The position numbers and the translations under genes are program-made. From an uncultured Burkholderiales bacterium (lineage in GTDB: Bacteria; Vulcanimicrobiota; Xenobia; Xenobiales; Xenobiaceae), in the NCBI GenBank assembly GCA_964595195.1, contig CAZQPM010000001.1, forward strand, positions 1-45,402: a stretch of DNA of 45,402 bases, in the 5' to 3' direction. The number at the start of each line of letters is the position of its first letter. Positions within the stretch are counted from its first letter, which is position 1. The notes beneath the pieces are model-generated. The model did no database searches, was not told the DNA's origin, and saw only the letters and a list, made by a program, of their open reading frames with translations. Positions 24,696 to 33,447 of this stretch are shown here, one piece after another.

Positions 24696-26900
24696 TCACG
24701 GCTGATTCCCCCGGGCCCTGAGGGCGCCAGCCAGGAGGCCGACCCACACGGCCAGCGAGACCGCACTGATCCGGGCTCCCCAGGCGAAAGCCGGCGACGC
24801 GTATTGGAATCGAACCCGGTGTCGGCCCGCCGGAACCCGGACCGCCCGGAAGGCGACATCGGCCCTCAGGACCGCTTCGGGGACGCCGTCCACGCTGGCT
24901 CGCCAGGCTGGATGCCAGTTGTCCAGGGCCACCAGGAATCCGCCGCTGGCAGACTCCACCTCGACCTCCACCAGGTCTCCCTGGTCCAGAAGCAGGCGAG
25001 CCTGCCCGGACCCCGGGCGACCCTCAGGAGAGGGGACGTCCAGGAGCGTCGAGGTGAGGGGGGTGAAGTGCGGCGACCCCAGCAGCGCCAGGGCCTGGTC
25101 CGGGTCTGCCGGGGTCGGCAGGGCCTGGCCCACGACCCGGAACCGGGGAACCGGCGAGTCCGTCCGGAAGATGTACAGGGGGCCGGGAAGCCGGGGGCTG
25201 GCCTGGTGGCTGGCCATCCAACGCAGGCCGGTTCCCTGAAGGGGGAAGAAGCTCAGCAGGTGGGTGACGTTCTGACGCTCCAGAAGGCGTACGGCCTCGT
25301 CCGAGTAGGTCAGGACCGGTCCCGCCGGCGCGGTTCCGGCGCGGATCGCCTTCTGGAGACTGGCGTAGTGCAGGAGCTCGATGCCCCCCTCCTGGAGGAT
25401 CCGGTCCGAGTGGTGGGCCACGCCCCACAAGGCCGAGGCATCCGGGGCCAGGGTGTCCCGGTGGGCCAGGAAGAGTTCCGGGTCCCCCTGCCAGCCGCCA
25501 GCCATCAGGTAGACCTTCTGCCAGGTCTGGTCGGCCGTGGGGGTCGAGATCCGGCCGGGATCGGGGCCCAGGAGCGCGACGGTGGGCGGGGCCTCGAACC
25601 AGCCTGCGGGCAGGTACCCCTGGTAGCGCGCGCTGAGGCCGTAGAGGTCGACGGCGGTCAGGATGACGAGGAGGCAGGCCGCCGCCGTGGCTGTCCTGCC
25701 CCTCAGGCGGGACAACAGGCCCTCCGCTCCCAGACCCGCCAGCAGGGCCATCAGGGCCGCGAACAGGATCAGGAAGCGGGCGGGGAAGCGGAACAGCGAG
25801 AATCCCGGAAGCAGCTTCCAGGCCAGCCAGTACAGGCCTCCCGTGCGGCCCAGGGCCAGGACCAGGCAGAGCAGGGCGGCCAGGGCCAGGCCGGTGGTCC
25901 GGCGTTCCCGGCGCAGGAACGGAGCGGCCAGGGCCAGGGCCAGGGGAACCAGGCCCAGATAGGCGTGGCTCTCCCAGAAGACACCCGTCTCGGCCAGGCC
26001 CTGCAGAGGCACGGTGGCCTCGGCCGGGTTCCCGCCGGCGAAAGGACGGACCAGGCGAGCCAGGTCGGTCAGGCGGAAGGGGTAGGCGGTCGCCGCCTCC
26101 CACGTGAAGGGGCGCCCGCGCAGCGAGACCTGGACCAGTTCCGCCGTGGGCATCCATTGGATCGCCGAGAGTGCCAGGGCCCCCAGGGCGGCCCCTGCCA
26201 GGAGTGCAGCGGCGCGGGTCGGGCGGACCGCGTCGCCGCAAACCCATCGGGTCAGGAAGTACAGGACCACGCCCAGACCGGAGAGGTAGGCGGCGTGGGG
26301 GTGTCCGGCCAGGATCTGCAAGGCCCAGATTGCGCAGGCCAGCAGGGACCATCGGGCTCGGCCCGAGCGCAGCAGGGCCTCCACGCAGGCCAGGGAGGCG
26401 GGCAGCCAGGCGATCACCTGCACCAGGTTGACGTGCTTGAGGCGCAGGACCATGACGGCACCCAGTCCCCAGGCCAGGGCCGTGATGGCTGCAGCACCCG
26501 GGCGGATTCCGTGGGCGCGGGCCAGGACGTAACCCCCGAGCATGGCCAGGCCCAGCGTGGACAGGAGGGTGAGATTCGTGGCCAGCGGCAGCGGCAGGGC
26601 CAGGAAGAGGGGCAGCGTCGTGGGATAGAACAGGCCCGACTGGCCCTCGGCCAGCAGGGGATAACCGTTGCCCAGCAGGGGCGTCCAGTGGGGAAGCCTT
26701 CCCTGGCGCAGGGCCTGCGCGGCCAGAGCCCGGCGGGGGACGTTCATCTCCAGCAGGTCCGAGCCCGAGAAGTCTGCGGTGTACAGGACCTTTGAACCCG
26801 TCAGGGCGGGCGCGAAGAACAGGGCCAGCAACAGCAGGGTGCCGGCCCCGACCAGGGTGGCTTCGCGAGCCAGCAGCAGACGGTAGGGGAGGCGAGCCAT
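24696..26900 (-). CDS. YfhO-family polytopic membrane protein (GT-C-like glycosyltransferase family)
   Basis: Track ORF of 734 aa. The N-terminal pattern is LYTADFSGSDLLEMNVPRRALAAQALRQGRLPHWTPLLGNGYPLLAEGQSGLFYP. It has many TMs, a large extracytoplasmic C-terminal domain and a final TM. Confidence 0.8.
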   Translation of the reverse strand: MARLPYRLLLAREATLVGAGTLLLLALFFAPALTGSKVLYTADFSGSDLLEMNVPRRALAAQALRQGRLPHWTPLLGNGYPLLAEGQSGLFYPTTLPLFLALPLPLATNLTLLSTLGLAMLGGYVLARAHGIRPGAAAITALAWGLGAVMVLRLKHVNLVQVIAWLPASLACVEALLRSGRARWSLLACAIWALQILAGHPHAAYLSGLGVVLYFLTRWVCGDAVRPTRAAALLAGAALGALALSAIQWMPTAELVQVSLRGRPFTWEAATAYPFRLTDLARLVRPFAGGNPAEATVPLQGLAETGVFWESHAYLGLVPLALALAAPFLRRERRTTGLALAALLCLVLALGRTGGLYWLAWKLLPGFSLFRFPARFLILFAALMALLAGLGAEGLLSRLRGRTATAAACLLVILTAVDLYGLSARYQGYLPAGWFEAPPTVALLGPDPGRISTPTADQTWQKVYLMAGGWQGDPELFLAHRDTLAPDASALWGVAHHSDRILQEGGIELLHYASLQKAIRAGTAPAGPVLTYSDEAVRLLERQNVTHLLSFFPLQGTGLRWMASHQASPRLPGPLYIFRTDSPVPRFRVVGQALPTPADPDQALALLGSPHFTPLTSTLLDVPSPEGRPGSGQARLLLDQGDLVEVEVESASGGFLVALDNWHPAWRASVDGVPEAVLRADVAFRAVRVPAGRHRVRFQYASPAFAWGARISAVSLAVWVGLLAGALRARGNQP

Positions 26901-26941
26901 GGTTCCGGCTCTTCCTCTCTCGCCGGGCGAATCCTATTCCT

Positions 26942-29281
26942 TCACGGGGCGTCGGCGGGGCGTCCGGCCTTCCTGGCGGGCGTCTCCCGCAGTCTGGCGT
27001 GGAGTCCTTGCAGGGCCTGCAAGGCCTGGCGGCTCTCCGCCTCCAGGGACGGGACCATCCCATACCTCGCCCGTTCGAAGGATTCGGTGAGGACTCCGAC
27101 CTCCGGCCATCCCTGGACCTCTTGCACCTCGCGGGCGAATTCCCGAGGGGTCCGCGCCTCGGCGCGATGCAGGCCGCGACCGGCCAGGGCCGCCTCCATA
27201 TCGTGGTAGGCGCGCAGGATGTGCTCATTGGGCGTCCGCGGCGGTTCGGGAAGAAGTCCGGCCAGGGTGCGGGCGACGCGGTCCAGGGATCGGGTCAGGG
27301 GACTCCAGCGATTGGCGCGGCGCGCCCTCCTCAGCAGCCAGGCGGCTCCCCCCAGGGTCAAGGCCAGCAGCAGGGCGGCCCCGGGGAGGACCGCGGAGGC
27401 CAGGCCCAGCGCCAATCCTTCCCGAGCCTGGCTCCAGAGGCGCACGGCGGCGGCTCGTCGGGCCTCGGGGACCAGGTTCTTCAGGTAGACCAGCAGGTCT
27501 CCCAGCATCCATCGCTGGCGCTGGAGGTCCTGGAGCTGCGGGGTCGCCTCTCCGTTGCCGCTGGGGGTGGGGTCGAAGGCCAGCCAGTCGAGGCCGGGCA
27601 GGAAGACCTCGACCCAGGCGTGGGCATGGGACCCACGGACCTCGTAGAAGCCGGTGAAGGGGTTGTAGGTTCCGGGCAGGTAGCCGGTGACATAGCGCGC
27701 CGGAAGTCCGATCGAGCGAGCCATCACGACCATGGCCGTGGCGTACTGTTCGCAGTGGCCCCGGCGCGATTCGAAGAGGAAGTGGTCGGCGACCTCAGCC
27801 TTCGCCGGATAGGGGGGAGGCGGGCTCTCGTAGCGGTAGTTCTGCTGCAGGTGCAGGGTCAGGGCCAGGGCCTTTTCGTACGGACTCCGATAGCTCCGCG
27901 TCAGGCGGACCGCCAGGTCGCGCACCCGGGGCGAGATGCTCTCGGGCAGCCTCGTGTTGGCGCTGCGGGCCAGGTTGGGGAAGTCCTCCAGGGCAGGCAG
28001 GCGCTTGAGCCTTTCGGCACTGTAGGTCTGCCAGACCCCGATCACCGAGTAGACCATCCCTTCTTCCAGGGGGAAGGGCGCTCGGATTCCCAAAGCCTGG
28101 TCGACGTACAGCTCCTCGGAGGGGAAGTAGACCTGGTAGGGCTGGAACGGGGCGAAGACGACGTTCGGCAGCTCGCGTTCGATATGGAAGATCTGGACCA
28201 GATTCTCGGGCCGCCGGGGGCGTCGTCGCAGCGGCACGGTCAGGGGAGGCGTGGCCGCGGTGATCCTCTGGGGTTCCCCCTCGGGCAGGCTCCAGAACCG
28301 TCCGTCGTATCCGGTGAAGGCCAGGCCTCGGTAGTAGGACCACCGGCTGGTTCGCACCCGCATGACGACCTCGTCCGAGAGGCTGCCCCGCAGACTCAGG
28401 TCCACCAGGTGGTTGAACCCCGCATAGTTGTCGGCGCTGAACAGGGGCCGGTTCGAACCCGGTGACATCTCGGCCGGATACGAGGGGTTGATGACTTCGC
28501 CCCTGCCGATCCTCGGGAGGGACATGCGCATGTTCCAGGAGACCGGAAGACTCTGCATCCGCAGGCTCTCGTAGCGAGGCAGGACGGCGAAGACCAGGGC
28601 ACCGGCCGCGACCATGGTCAGGCCCGTGCGGGCGGTCTGACGCAGCAGCGACGGAACCAGTCCCTGACGTGCGCCGCCTCCCACGGTCCGGTCGCACAGT
28701 TCGCGGGCCTGGGAGAGGTAGCCCAGGTGCATGGCCCACAGCGTCCCCACCAGGAAGGCCGTCAGGTAGAACACGTAGGTCAAGCTGCTGCTGAGCACGG
28801 CCCCGAACGAGATCAGGATGATGCCGACCAGGAGGGAATACTTCAGGTCCTTGCGGGCGGGGACGTCGAAGCTGTGCAGGGTCTGCAGCCACAACAGCAG
28901 TTCGGCCAGGGGCAATCGGGGATCGTAGGGGGTCGCCATCAGGCCCAGGAAGAAGTTGACCAGGACCACCGGCATCAGCAGTGAGAGGATCGCCTTCACC
29001 CACCAGTTGCTGTGCCGCCGCCGGATCCATGAGAACCAGAAACCGGTCGCCGTCATCGGCAGGATGACCCAGCCGTAGACGGGCCAGTCCATCTGGTGCA
29101 GGGCACCCACCAGGGCGATCATGACCGAGGCGCCGACCCCGACCCGCAGGGCGATGGAATCCTCCGGCTTGTGCTGCTTCTTGAGCAGACGGATCCAGGC
29201 CGCCAGGCAGCCCCCGGTTGGAGGCTCGGCATGGGGGGGCGGAAGGGGGGCGGTGCGCCGCCATGAAGGTGTCGTGGTCAA
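26942..29281 (-). CDS. Transglutaminase-domain membrane protein (TgpA-like: N-terminal TM bundle, transglutaminase core, C-terminal DUF4129-like region)
   Basis: Track ORF of 779 aa. The catalytic core is RRGHCEQYATAMVVMARSIGLPARYVTGY ... HAWVEVF ... FDPT (Cys-His-Asp). ATGA overlap with the upstream DUF58 gene. Confidence 0.85.
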   Translation of the reverse strand: MTTTPSWRRTAPLPPPHAEPPTGGCLAAWIRLLKKQHKPEDSIALRVGVGASVMIALVGALHQMDWPVYGWVILPMTATGFWFSWIRRRHSNWWVKAILSLLMPVVLVNFFLGLMATPYDPRLPLAELLLWLQTLHSFDVPARKDLKYSLLVGIILISFGAVLSSSLTYVFYLTAFLVGTLWAMHLGYLSQARELCDRTVGGGARQGLVPSLLRQTARTGLTMVAAGALVFAVLPRYESLRMQSLPVSWNMRMSLPRIGRGEVINPSYPAEMSPGSNRPLFSADNYAGFNHLVDLSLRGSLSDEVVMRVRTSRWSYYRGLAFTGYDGRFWSLPEGEPQRITAATPPLTVPLRRRPRRPENLVQIFHIERELPNVVFAPFQPYQVYFPSEELYVDQALGIRAPFPLEEGMVYSVIGVWQTYSAERLKRLPALEDFPNLARSANTRLPESISPRVRDLAVRLTRSYRSPYEKALALTLHLQQNYRYESPPPPYPAKAEVADHFLFESRRGHCEQYATAMVVMARSIGLPARYVTGYLPGTYNPFTGFYEVRGSHAHAWVEVFLPGLDWLAFDPTPSGNGEATPQLQDLQRQRWMLGDLLVYLKNLVPEARRAAAVRLWSQAREGLALGLASAVLPGAALLLALTLGGAAWLLRRARRANRWSPLTRSLDRVARTLAGLLPEPPRTPNEHILRAYHDMEAALAGRGLHRAEARTPREFAREVQEVQGWPEVGVLTESFERARYGMVPSLEAESRQALQALQGLHARLRETPARKAGRPADAP

Positions 29282-30564
29282 GGCCGGACACCCCCGATGA
29301 GGGTCTCGGCCAGGTCGGCACCCGGGCGGTGGACGCGCGCCGGGAAGCCGGCGTCCTGCAGTCGGGCCGCGCTGGCCTCGTAGGCCTCCGGGCCTGGAGG
29401 CGGTTCTGCGGGAGGCGGGAAGAAGACGGCCTCCAGCGCCCCGTGACCGCTGGTCAGGGCCCCCAGGTCCAGGCCGGGGTCCAGCGGGCGGCAGGTGAGC
29501 AGGTACAGGTAGGCCCGGTCGCTCGTGGTCTGACTCAATCCCGCCAGGACCTCAGCCCAGGTCAACTGACCCGTGGCCTGCAGGCGGGCCAGGAAGTCCA
29601 GGGCCGCCTCGCCCGAGCCGCGGACGCTGACCAGACGGTCCCCCTGCTGACCCAGGATCCTCAAGGGAATTCCCTGTCGTCGCGCCAGGTCGACCAGACC
29701 GGCCGCGGCCGAGATGGCCGCCTCCAGGTTCGATTCGTGCGGAGCGCCCCCGATCCAGCCGACCGGGTTGTCGACCAGCAGGGTCCGTCCCTGCCCGGCC
29801 TGGCCTCGGAACTCGCGCAGCATGATCTGTCCGGTGCGGGCCGTGGCCGGCCAGTGGATGAACCGGGTATCCTCGCCCGCCTGGTAGGGGCGCAGCCCCA
29901 GGAAGTCCTCACTGGCGCCGGGGCGATGGGTGGTGTTCCTCTGCATGGCCGGGTTGCGGCTGAGGTGGATTCGAGCCGACTCGGCCAGGTGCGGGCCGCG
30001 GGGATAGACGACCAGGGGATCCTGGCCGACCTCGCAGGCCACGGCGTGGTGGAACAGGCCCAGGGGCGCACCGGTGCCCACGGTGACCGTGGGGAACAGG
30101 TGGTAGCCCCGCAGCGTGCAGGCGACCGACTGGCGCAGCACCAGCGTCTGCCCGGCCGCCAGACGTTCGACGAGGATGCGGTGCTGGCGGGGGGACCCGG
30201 GGAGGCTCTCGGGGAGGGCGACCTCGACGGTCAGCAGCAGGCGGTCGAGGTGGCTGGGGTTGCGGAGTTCCACCTCCACGTCGGCCAGGTCACCCTGCCG
30301 GGCGGGAGCGGGCATCCGGCAGCGGACCTGGAGGCCCCGTAGGACCTGCCGCGGGCCCCGATATCCGGCGACCAGGACCCCAGTCAGCAGGGCCGCCACC
30401 ACGTACAGCCAGCCCGTCTGGGTGTTCGTGGCGACCAGGAACAGGAACCCGGCCAGGAAGAGGAGGAAGGCCGCCTCCGAGTGGACGGCCAACCAGCGTC
30501 CGGCGCGGGCCCAACCCGGCCGCGGGCCGCTCGCCTTGGGTGCAGTCTGGTGTTGGGGAATCAA
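29278..30564 (-). CDS. DUF58 domain protein (second copy)
   Basis: TTG at 30564 lies 5 nt after AGGAG, within track ORF 29278..30957. TMs are AAFLLFLAGFLFLVA and GWLYVVAALLTGVLVA. The DUF58 motif is SEDFLGLRPYQAGEDTRFIHWPATARTG. Confidence 0.8.
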   Translation of the reverse strand: MIPQHQTAPKASGPRPGWARAGRWLAVHSEAAFLLFLAGFLFLVATNTQTGWLYVVAALLTGVLVAGYRGPRQVLRGLQVRCRMPAPARQGDLADVEVELRNPSHLDRLLLTVEVALPESLPGSPRQHRILVERLAAGQTLVLRQSVACTLRGYHLFPTVTVGTGAPLGLFHHAVACEVGQDPLVVYPRGPHLAESARIHLSRNPAMQRNTTHRPGASEDFLGLRPYQAGEDTRFIHWPATARTGQIMLREFRGQAGQGRTLLVDNPVGWIGGAPHESNLEAAISAAAGLVDLARRQGIPLRILGQQGDRLVSVRGSGEAALDFLARLQATGQLTWAEVLAGLSQTTSDRAYLYLLTCRPLDPGLDLGALTSGHGALEAVFFPPPAEPPPGPEAYEASAARLQDAGFPARVHRPGADLAETLIGGVRP

Positions 30565-30612
30565 AGGCACTCCTGCAAGCCTCTTCCCGACGGTGGGTGC
30601 CGTGGCCTTCCC

Positions 30613-30655
30613 GAAAACAGGTGAAGGCCACGGGAGCGGTCCCGAGGCCTTCACC
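30613..30655 (-). terminator. Strong intrinsic terminator after the solute-binding-protein gene
   Basis: The minus-strand RNA is GGUGAAGGCC-U-CGGGA-CCGC-UCCCG-U-GGCCUUCACC followed by UGUUUUC. That gives 15 bp, a 4-nt loop and one U-U mismatch. The 3' arm can alternatively pair with GAAGGCCACG located downstream on the transcript. Confidence 0.6.
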
Positions 30656-30677
30656 GCTGGCTGAACCGACGCTTCGG

Positions 30678-31982
30678 TCAGCGCTTGCCCTGCAGGTAGC
30701 TCAGCAGGTCGTTGGACAGGGAGACCGCCTTCTGGATGGCGTCCTCCGAGGTGTATTTGCGGGACACGGCCTCGAACATGGCGTCGTCCAGGATGCCGCG
30801 GATCGACTCCCAGGCCGCGACCCGGGGCTGGCTGGTCGCATACTTCAGGGCTTCGATGCCCACGGAGTATTCGGGGTTCTCGCGGACGTAATCCCGATAC
30901 CGGGCGCTGCGGATGGCCGACTGGCGCACGGGCAGGTACCCGGTCCCAATGGCCCATTCGGTGGTGATCTCGGGACTGGTCAGGAACTTGATGAACTTCC
31001 AGGCGGCCTTCTGCTTCTGGGGGGTGGAGTGGCTGAAGATGGCCAGGTTGGTGCCCGCGAACTGGTAGGCCCGGGTGGTTCCCGAGGGCAGCATGACCAC
31101 GCCGAAGTCCAGGTTCTTGGCCCGACGGAAGCCGCCGATGCGGGAGGTCGTCTCGATGTACATCCCCGTCTGGCCCTGCTCGAAGAGGTCCTGGGCATCC
31201 CTGGAGGGTTGCGCCGACCGGTCGTTGTGGACCAGGTCCACCCAGAACTTCAGGTCCCGGATTCCGGCCTGGCCGCCGAAGGCGGCGCGGTCCGCCTGGA
31301 TGAACTCGCCTCCGTGGGCATACAGGTAGTGCCCGAAGATGTCCACCGAGGGAAGGAAGCCCAGGCCCGGGATCCCCTTGGCCGTGGTGATGGTCCGAGC
31401 GGCCTGGCGCAGGTCCTCCCAGGTGGCCGGTGGCTTGAGCCCGAGCTCGTTGAAGATGGCCCGGTTGTAGTAGAGGACGTAGATGCTCTTGTTGAAGGGC
31501 AGCGTGAAGAGCCGGGAACCCTCCGGGGTGGGGAAGGTGTTGGACTCGCGGAACACCTCGACGAAATCATCCAGGGCCTTGCGATCCATGCCGTCGGGTC
31601 CGGGCAGGAACTTCTCGACGGGGGTCAACGCGTTGATCTCGATCAACTGCGTCGTCCAGTTCTCGTAGACCTGGGAGACGTCCGGCGGGGTGCCTCGGGC
31701 CAGATGCTCGAGCAGCTTGCCGTAGAGGGCGTTGTAGTCGTTCCCCAGTTTGGGATTGGCGGAACCCACGAAGCGAGCCTTGACCACCACGTTCGGATTC
31801 TCGCGGTTGAACCTCGAAACCAGGGACTCCAGGAGTTCTCCTCGGCTGCGACTCATCGCGTGCCAGAACTCGATCTCGACCGGACTGCCGGCCTCGCTTC
31901 GCCCGGCCCCCCAGACCAGCGCCAGAGCGGTCAGCAGGAGGGCGATGGCCGTTGCCATCACAAGGCGCACCTTCGGCACCAT
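30678..31982 (-). CDS. ABC transporter substrate-binding protein (family 1, sugar-type), orphan
   Basis: Track ORF of 434 aa. The signal is MVPKVRLVMATAIALLLTALALVWG. The mature protein starts with EIEFWHAM, typical of family-1 SBPs. No permease or ATPase gene is adjacent. Confidence 0.85.
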   Translation of the reverse strand: MVPKVRLVMATAIALLLTALALVWGAGRSEAGSPVEIEFWHAMSRSRGELLESLVSRFNRENPNVVVKARFVGSANPKLGNDYNALYGKLLEHLARGTPPDVSQVYENWTTQLIEINALTPVEKFLPGPDGMDRKALDDFVEVFRESNTFPTPEGSRLFTLPFNKSIYVLYYNRAIFNELGLKPPATWEDLRQAARTITTAKGIPGLGFLPSVDIFGHYLYAHGGEFIQADRAAFGGQAGIRDLKFWVDLVHNDRSAQPSRDAQDLFEQGQTGMYIETTSRIGGFRRAKNLDFGVVMLPSGTTRAYQFAGTNLAIFSHSTPQKQKAAWKFIKFLTSPEITTEWAIGTGYLPVRQSAIRSARYRDYVRENPEYSVGIEALKYATSQPRVAAWESIRGILDDAMFEAVSRKYTSEDAIQKAVSLSNDLLSYLQGKR

Positions 31983-32008
31983 GGTGTTGCTCCTTCGTGT
32001 GTAATCCT

Positions 32009-32025
32009 GAGGCCCGCCGGGCCTC
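32009..32025 (-). terminator. GC hairpin after the 32076-33269 gene (no U-tract)
   Basis: gaggccc-gcc-gggcctc: a 7-bp perfect stem located 51 nt downstream of the TAG stop. Confidence 0.3.
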
Positions 32026-32075
32026 GAATCGTCTTCACCCCACCGGGGGTCCCGCTCTCCGGGCGAGCGGAAGGT

Positions 32076-33269
32076 CTACAGGTTCAGGCTCAGGGGGGCC
32101 TGGTTCAGGGCGTGCAGGACCAGGCTCATGGGCCTGGCGTCTACCGGCACCTCGAAGACCAGGTACCCGAAGTTGATGCCGAACGGGCGCAGGATGACCA
32201 GCCAGAAGTTGCTCAGCCCCTCGATGTAGTCGTAGGACGTGTTCTTCTGGTCCAGCAACGAGAAGCGCCCGGTGTAGATCTGGACCTGCTCGGAGATGTT
32301 CTGCTGCGAGAGGTAGACCACCACGAACTTGTAGCCCGTGCGCGGCCGGTAGAAGTCCCGGATCACCGTGACGTTCTCGAGGTTGGTCACCGTGACCTGG
32401 AAGACCGAGTTCTGTGCGGAACGCGGGACGTAGACCCCGTCGACCGGGCGCTGGGCGTTGGCGGGCAGCGGAGCATAGGCGACGTTGTCCTGCGGTCCCG
32501 AGCCGGGGCCCAGGGCCGGTCCCGTCTGCAGATTCGAGGCCAGGTAGGGAGGCGCATCCGCGGGACGAGGCTGGGCGCTGGGAGTCTGGGGGTTCGGCGC
32601 GTAGGACGCCGGGTAGCCGGGCAGCGTGGTGCTGGCGGCGTAGTTGGAGGTTCCACTGCCGGCCGGGGCCGCGGGGGCGGCCGGGGGGGTGACGGCCGTC
32701 GGAGTGTAGGTCGAGACGGCGGTGGGAACGACCACGGTCGGGGTCCTGGGGGCTGCCGGGATGGGAACGGTCGTCCGCGGCCTGGGACTGGAGGCGGCCA
32801 CGGGAGTCACCCGGGCTGGCTGGGACGAAGCCGGGGCCGGCGTCAGTCCGGCCGGTTGGGAGGCCAGCGTCGCAAGGCCACCCGTGTTGACCCGGATGGC
32901 CCGCTCGCGCCCATCGTAGGTGACGTTTCCACCCAGGGCCCGGACGAAGGACTCGACGGGCAGGTAGATCTTCCCATCCAGGTTGTAGGCCGTGGCCTCC
33001 ACGGCCTCGCCGTTGACCTTGACCAGATTCAACCTGGAGTCCCACGAGATCTCCACCTGGAGGGCATCCGCCATGGCGTGGATCGGCAGGTAGGAGACCC
33101 CGTTGCGGATCTCGGGATAGGAATCCACCCGGACGCCGTTGACGTAGACGGTGGTCAGGGGGGCCGACCAGACGGCTGCCGGGATCAGCAGCGTCAGTGT
33201 CAGCACCGCAATGAGCGCGGGCCAGGCGAGCGAACGTCCTGGGGCCTTGAGGGCAGGTGGCCTGAGCAT
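32076..33269 (-). CDS. Exported protein with a copper-amine-oxidase-N-terminal-like domain, a Pro/Thr/Ala linker and a beta-sandwich (DUF4352-like) C-terminus
   Basis: ATG at 33269 lies 8 nt after AAGGAGG, within track ORF 32076..33428. The signal is LAWPALIAVLTLTLLIPAAVWS. The CuAO-N-like stretch is VYVNGVRVDSYPEIRNGVSYLPIHAMADAL. The C-terminus contains FQVTVTNLENV...YKFVVVYLSQQN. Confidence 0.7.
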   Translation of the reverse strand: MLRPPALKAPGRSLAWPALIAVLTLTLLIPAAVWSAPLTTVYVNGVRVDSYPEIRNGVSYLPIHAMADALQVEISWDSRLNLVKVNGEAVEATAYNLDGKIYLPVESFVRALGGNVTYDGRERAIRVNTGGLATLASQPAGLTPAPASSQPARVTPVAASSPRPRTTVPIPAAPRTPTVVVPTAVSTYTPTAVTPPAAPAAPAGSGTSNYAASTTLPGYPASYAPNPQTPSAQPRPADAPPYLASNLQTGPALGPGSGPQDNVAYAPLPANAQRPVDGVYVPRSAQNSVFQVTVTNLENVTVIRDFYRPRTGYKFVVVYLSQQNISEQVQIYTGRFSLLDQKNTSYDYIEGLSNFWLVILRPFGINFGYLVFEVPVDARPMSLVLHALNQAPLSLNL

Positions 33270-33418
33270 CCCGCGGGACCTCCTTCGTGTGTTGAGATGA
33301 GATACCCGGTGACGGGCGATTGTTCTGGGTGACGGCGAACCGTTGTCCGGCAAGGGTGGAGCCCTGGCCTCAACGGAACGCATGCGACCAGCACGCAGGA
33401 GGCACCGGTCACGAGCGG

Positions 33419-33447
33419 AGACTATCATGGAACGGGCCCAGGTGCAA
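33419..33447 (-). promoter_or_regulatory. Candidate extended -10 promoter for the 32076-33269 gene
   Basis: The minus strand reads TTGCAC (33447-33442), a 17-nt spacer, then TGA-TAGTCT (hexamer at 33424-33419). This is the same TGATAG-type -10 as upstream of the XRE-type gene. Confidence 0.3.

Noticed and set aside
24651-27228. Plus-strand ORF 24651..26795 (714 aa) and minus-strand ORF 25024..27228 (734 aa) overlapping the YfhO gene
   Set aside because: Only the 24696..26900 minus frame gives a coherent polytopic membrane protein with the YfhO-type N-terminal motif. The other two are Arg/Gly/Pro-rich shadows.
30540-33332. 930-aa plus-strand ORF across the SBP and CuAO-like genes; also 33526..35019 and 36181..37590 (minus strand) across the TPR gene
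   Set aside because: They are antisense to genes with clear signal peptides, SBP motifs or TPR periodicity, and have low-complexity composition.
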